From assembly GCA_963765675.1 (NCBI GenBank), contig CAVXXK010000003.1, positions 160,001-224,000 on the forward strand: a DNA stretch of 64,000 bases. The letters run 5' to 3'. A model generated the notes under the pieces. It did no database searches. It had not been told where the DNA came from and saw only the letters and a list, made by a program, of their open reading frames with translations. Positions 61,285 through 64,000 of this stretch are shown here, one piece after another. How positions within the stretch are numbered: position 1 is the first letter of the stretch; every line of letters begins with the position of its first letter. A program made the position numbers and the translations under genes. Origin of the DNA: an uncultured delta proteobacterium. Its GTDB lineage: Bacteria; Desulfobacterota; Binatia; Binatales; Binataceae.

Positions 61285-61322
61285 GGCGGGATGCGCATCG
61301 CGCGCATCCCGCCGCTTTCTTT
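61285..61322 (+). terminator. Probable intrinsic terminator
   Basis: ggcgggatgcgc/gcgcatcccgcc stem followed by gctttcttt. Confidence 0.5.
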
Positions 61323-61383
61323 GGAATGATAATTTCGCGACGAAGGATCGACCGGCGAGACGCCAACCCTACTGACTCCCTTC

Positions 61384-61651
61384 TGCCAGTGGCCGCCGAC
61401 GGTCCGTCGGCCACGCGAAGCGTCATCTGTGTGTGTGCGGATAAATCGCAGAGCAGCGCCTCGCCCGCCGTCTGATCCCTCGCCCTGAAAGGGAGGTGCC
61501 ACTGGCACGCGGTTAGGCGAGAGTCCGAACTCAGCGCCGCGCGACAATAAAGAAAGCGCTCCGCAAGGCCGCCCTCACCCACGCGTCACGATGCTTGCGA
61601 AACAAACGCAAGCATCGCGCCGCGTCGCCCTCTCCCGGAGGGAGAGGGTAT
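61384..61651. repeat. Repeat family B copy interrupted by a ~110 bp insert
   Basis: 61384-61460 and 61572-61651 match the two halves of 17633-17787. Confidence 0.8.
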
Positions 61652-61764
61652 CCACAGGCTGCTCCACGCGCGCGACGAACCGGCGCGACGCCGATCCTGC
61701 TGAACCGGGCCGCTACATTGGTGTAATCTGTATTTGTAATCGACTGCGCCAAATCGAGGCTTCG

Positions 61765-62232
61765 ATGAAACTTAAAGCGTTACTTCTGATTTTTCCGGCG
61801 CTGCTTTTTGTCGCCTGTAACCCGTCGGCGAGCGCGCCGATCTCTTGTCCGGCGGGAACCACTGCGATGGGCTCGCCGCCGCCCGCCGGCGACGAAACCT
61901 GGTGCCAGAAAATCGTCGACGGCCAACCGGTCAAGGACGGTCCGTTCGTGCTCTACCGCAGCGGCGGCAGCATGATGCTGCGCGGCTCGTATCACGACGG
62001 CAAGCAGGACGGCGAATGGACGATGTGGTACGACAATGGGCAGAAAGGCTCGATCGATCATTACAAGGACGGGGTCGAGGACGGTGAGCATATCGGCTGG
62101 TACACCAACGGCAAAATTTCCGCGCAGGGAAATTACAAGGACGGCAAGCGCGAGGGCACATGGAAGCGCTGGGACTCGCAGGGCTTCAAGAACTGGGAAG
62201 AGGTCTACAAGGACGACAAGCGAATTTCGTGA
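61765..62232 (+). CDS. MORN-variant repeat (YwqK-like) lipoprotein
   Basis: Lipobox FVAC; repeats G.Y.DGK.DG.W..WY.NG. Confidence 0.82.
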   Translation: MKLKALLLIFPALLFVACNPSASAPISCPAGTTAMGSPPPAGDETWCQKIVDGQPVKDGPFVLYRSGGSMMLRGSYHDGKQDGEWTMWYDNGQKGSIDHYKDGVEDGEHIGWYTNGKISAQGNYKDGKREGTWKRWDSQGFKNWEEVYKDDKRIS

Positions 62233-62238
62233 GCTCAC

Positions 62239-62724
62239 GTGACGAATGACTTCGCAATCGTCGACGCAAACCTGGCGAATCCCGCCCACGCGGCGGCGCT
62301 GATCGAGCTGTTCGATCTCTACCTGCGCGATCCGATGGAGGGCGGCGCGGCGATGCCGCCGAGCCTCAGGCGCGAGCTGGTGCCGGGTTTGCGGGGGCAT
62401 CCGGCGTGCTACGTGTTCCTCGCGTACCAGGGACGAGAGCCTGTAGGCTTCGCGATCTGCTTTCTTGGCTTTTCGACTTTCAGAGCGCGCCCGCTGCTCA
62501 ACATTCATGACATCTCCGTGCTCCCCGCGATGCGCGGAAGAGGCGCCGGCGCGGCGATGCTCGCGCGGATCGAGGCCAAGGCGCGCGCTCTCAATTGCTG
62601 CCGCTTGACGCTCGAAGTCCGTGAAGACAATCACGTCGCGCGCGGGCTTTATCGCAAGTTCGGATTCACCGAGGCGATGGCGGGCACTGCGCGAATGGAA
62701 TTTTGGAACAAGGCGCTCGCCTGA
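62239..62724 (+). CDS. GNAT family N-acetyltransferase
   Basis: LNIHDISVLPAMRGRGAG and LTLEVREDN..A..LYRKFGF. Confidence 0.92.
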   Translation: MTNDFAIVDANLANPAHAAALIELFDLYLRDPMEGGAAMPPSLRRELVPGLRGHPACYVFLAYQGREPVGFAICFLGFSTFRARPLLNIHDISVLPAMRGRGAGAAMLARIEAKARALNCCRLTLEVREDNHVARGLYRKFGFTEAMAGTARMEFWNKALA

Positions 62725-62755
62725 GAGATGCCGCTCGATTCGCTTGCAGATGATT

Positions 62756-63275
62756 TTGGACAAACTGGTGCCTTGGATTTTTGATAGCGGGCGTTTTGCG
62801 GTGGGTTCGTTTGGTATCTTTTCTGGTGGCTTAAAAAATAAACTCCTTGAAGATGCTGCCGAATTCGCGGCGATGGGTTCGTTTCAGCATCTTTTTTGGT
62901 CATTGATATTTGGGCGCTCTGACGCCGCAAGAAAGAAAGACTAAACACAAAGACACCAAGGAAGAGGAAGACACTAAGACACGAAGAATACGCATATCCG
63001 CGCGCGGCGCGCGGATATGCGTGAGTTCTTGGTGCCTTCGTGTCTTGGTGGTTGGATTGATGACTGCGCCTGATGCTTCCATGGGATCAGTTTTGCACGG
63101 ACTGGAATTGGGCATAAGGCTGAACAGTTCAGCCATGAACAAATCTGGCAAAAACCCGAACGATCGTTAGGGAGGCGGAGAAGCGTGCAAATCGCACGGA
63201 ACGCCTGTGCCCCATGGGGTTTGCGATCTCTGATGATCGGCCCGATCTCTGCCCCCTTCCCAAACGGACGCGTCA
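62756..63275. repeat. Bipartite non-coding element C, copy 2 (inverted), with a different central hairpin insert (about 62940-63060)
   Basis: Reverse-complement match to 10838-11038 and 11215-11388. Confidence 0.85.
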
Positions 63276-63336
63276 AAAAAAGCCTACTTTTCGTTCTTTT
63301 ATTTGATATGCCTAATCGTTTCGATGAGATCCTTCG

Positions 63337-63604
63337 CCTGCCACGCAGGACGAAAGTTAGCGTGTAGCGAGAGGCTACGCGAAAGAGGGGCGGCTCGCGA
63401 GCCGCCCCTACGAAGACAGGTGCGGTTGTCATTCCCGCGCGTGGCTGCCGCGCGAGGAATCCCGGGCGAAGGGCCGCTGCATGTGGTGTTGGCGTCGAGC
63501 ATGGACGCCTCGGGATTCCTCGCCCAGGGCTCGGAATGACGGCCGGGAGGGCTTGGCTGAGATTACGATTCTCACCGCTCCACCGACTTTCGTGGCAGGA
63601 TGAC
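63337..63604. repeat. Composite palindromic repeat family A
   Basis: Reverse-complement match to 31489-31760. Confidence 0.85.
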
Positions 63605-63620
63605 TATGATGCGGTGGTCG

Positions 63621-64000
63621 CTAGTCGCCCGCGCCTACCGCGGCGAGTGCTATTCCTTCAACGGCGAGTGCGGGGACGTAGAAGGCTTCCGATGCACCCC
63701 AGACTATCGCGGGGGTTGGGCGCGAGCCGAGCGCGATCGGCGCGTCGAAGACCTGCGCGATGTTTGCATTGATCCGCAGACTGTTGGGCGCGAGCGGCTC
63801 CGCAAGTTTCCCGTTCCTGATCACATACGAATCGCCGCTGACGGTACAGGTGAAGTCGCCGGCGCGCTGCCCGTTGATGGGATAGGTGTACCAGACCCGG
63901 CCGACGTAGATGCCGTCGCCGACCGTCGCCATCATCTCGCGCTCGGAGACGCCGCCGCGCGCGCGCATGATCACGTTGGTGCCGGAGCTGGAAGGATGCG
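63621..64000 (-). CDS. TldD/PmbA family metalloprotease, C-terminal part (truncated by the window edge)
   Basis: TNVIM...G.YV...GDFT.....Y.IRNGKL..P...RI..N pattern. Confidence 0.8.
   Translation of the reverse strand, partial: HPSSSGTNVIMRARGGVSEREMMATVGDGIYVGRVWYTYPINGQRAGDFTCTVSGDSYVIRNGKLAEPLAPNSLRINANIAQVFDAPIALGSRPTPAIVWGASEAFYVPALAVEGIALAAVGAGD

Overview
GC-rich bacterial chromosomal window; the gene content (many LLM, SDR, PhyH and amidohydrolase enzymes, a Gld-like ABC system) suggests a Candidatus Binatota or deltaproteobacteria-like genome, but that is inference only. It holds about 60 CDSs. Housekeeping genes are acpS, polA, pstB-phoU-phoB-phoR, serS, yraN, gatCAB and one tRNA-Arg(ACG). 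There is also an ECF sigma/anti-sigma operon and many catabolic enzymes. Two accessory blocks flank the tRNA: a receiver / MetOD1 (V4R-like) / histidine kinase / receiver / MEDS signalling cassette, and an AraC-linked BKACE-Rieske-CMD cluster. The intergenic regions are mosaics of several palindromic repeat families. The most notable are (i) a bipartite ~500 bp non-coding element in two copies whose centre carries different hairpin inserts, (ii) a structured ~160-180 bp repeat flanking an M23 peptidase gene in inverted orientation, and (iii) a ~27 bp mini-module inserted into three unrelated REP types. At least six genes (M23 peptidase, phoU, gatB, ADH, HTH-citrate synthase, LLM) are broken by single-base insertions, most likely sequencing artefacts. 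No CRISPR array, rRNA, integrase or transposase was seen. All family assignments are from motif recognition by eye, with no database searches.
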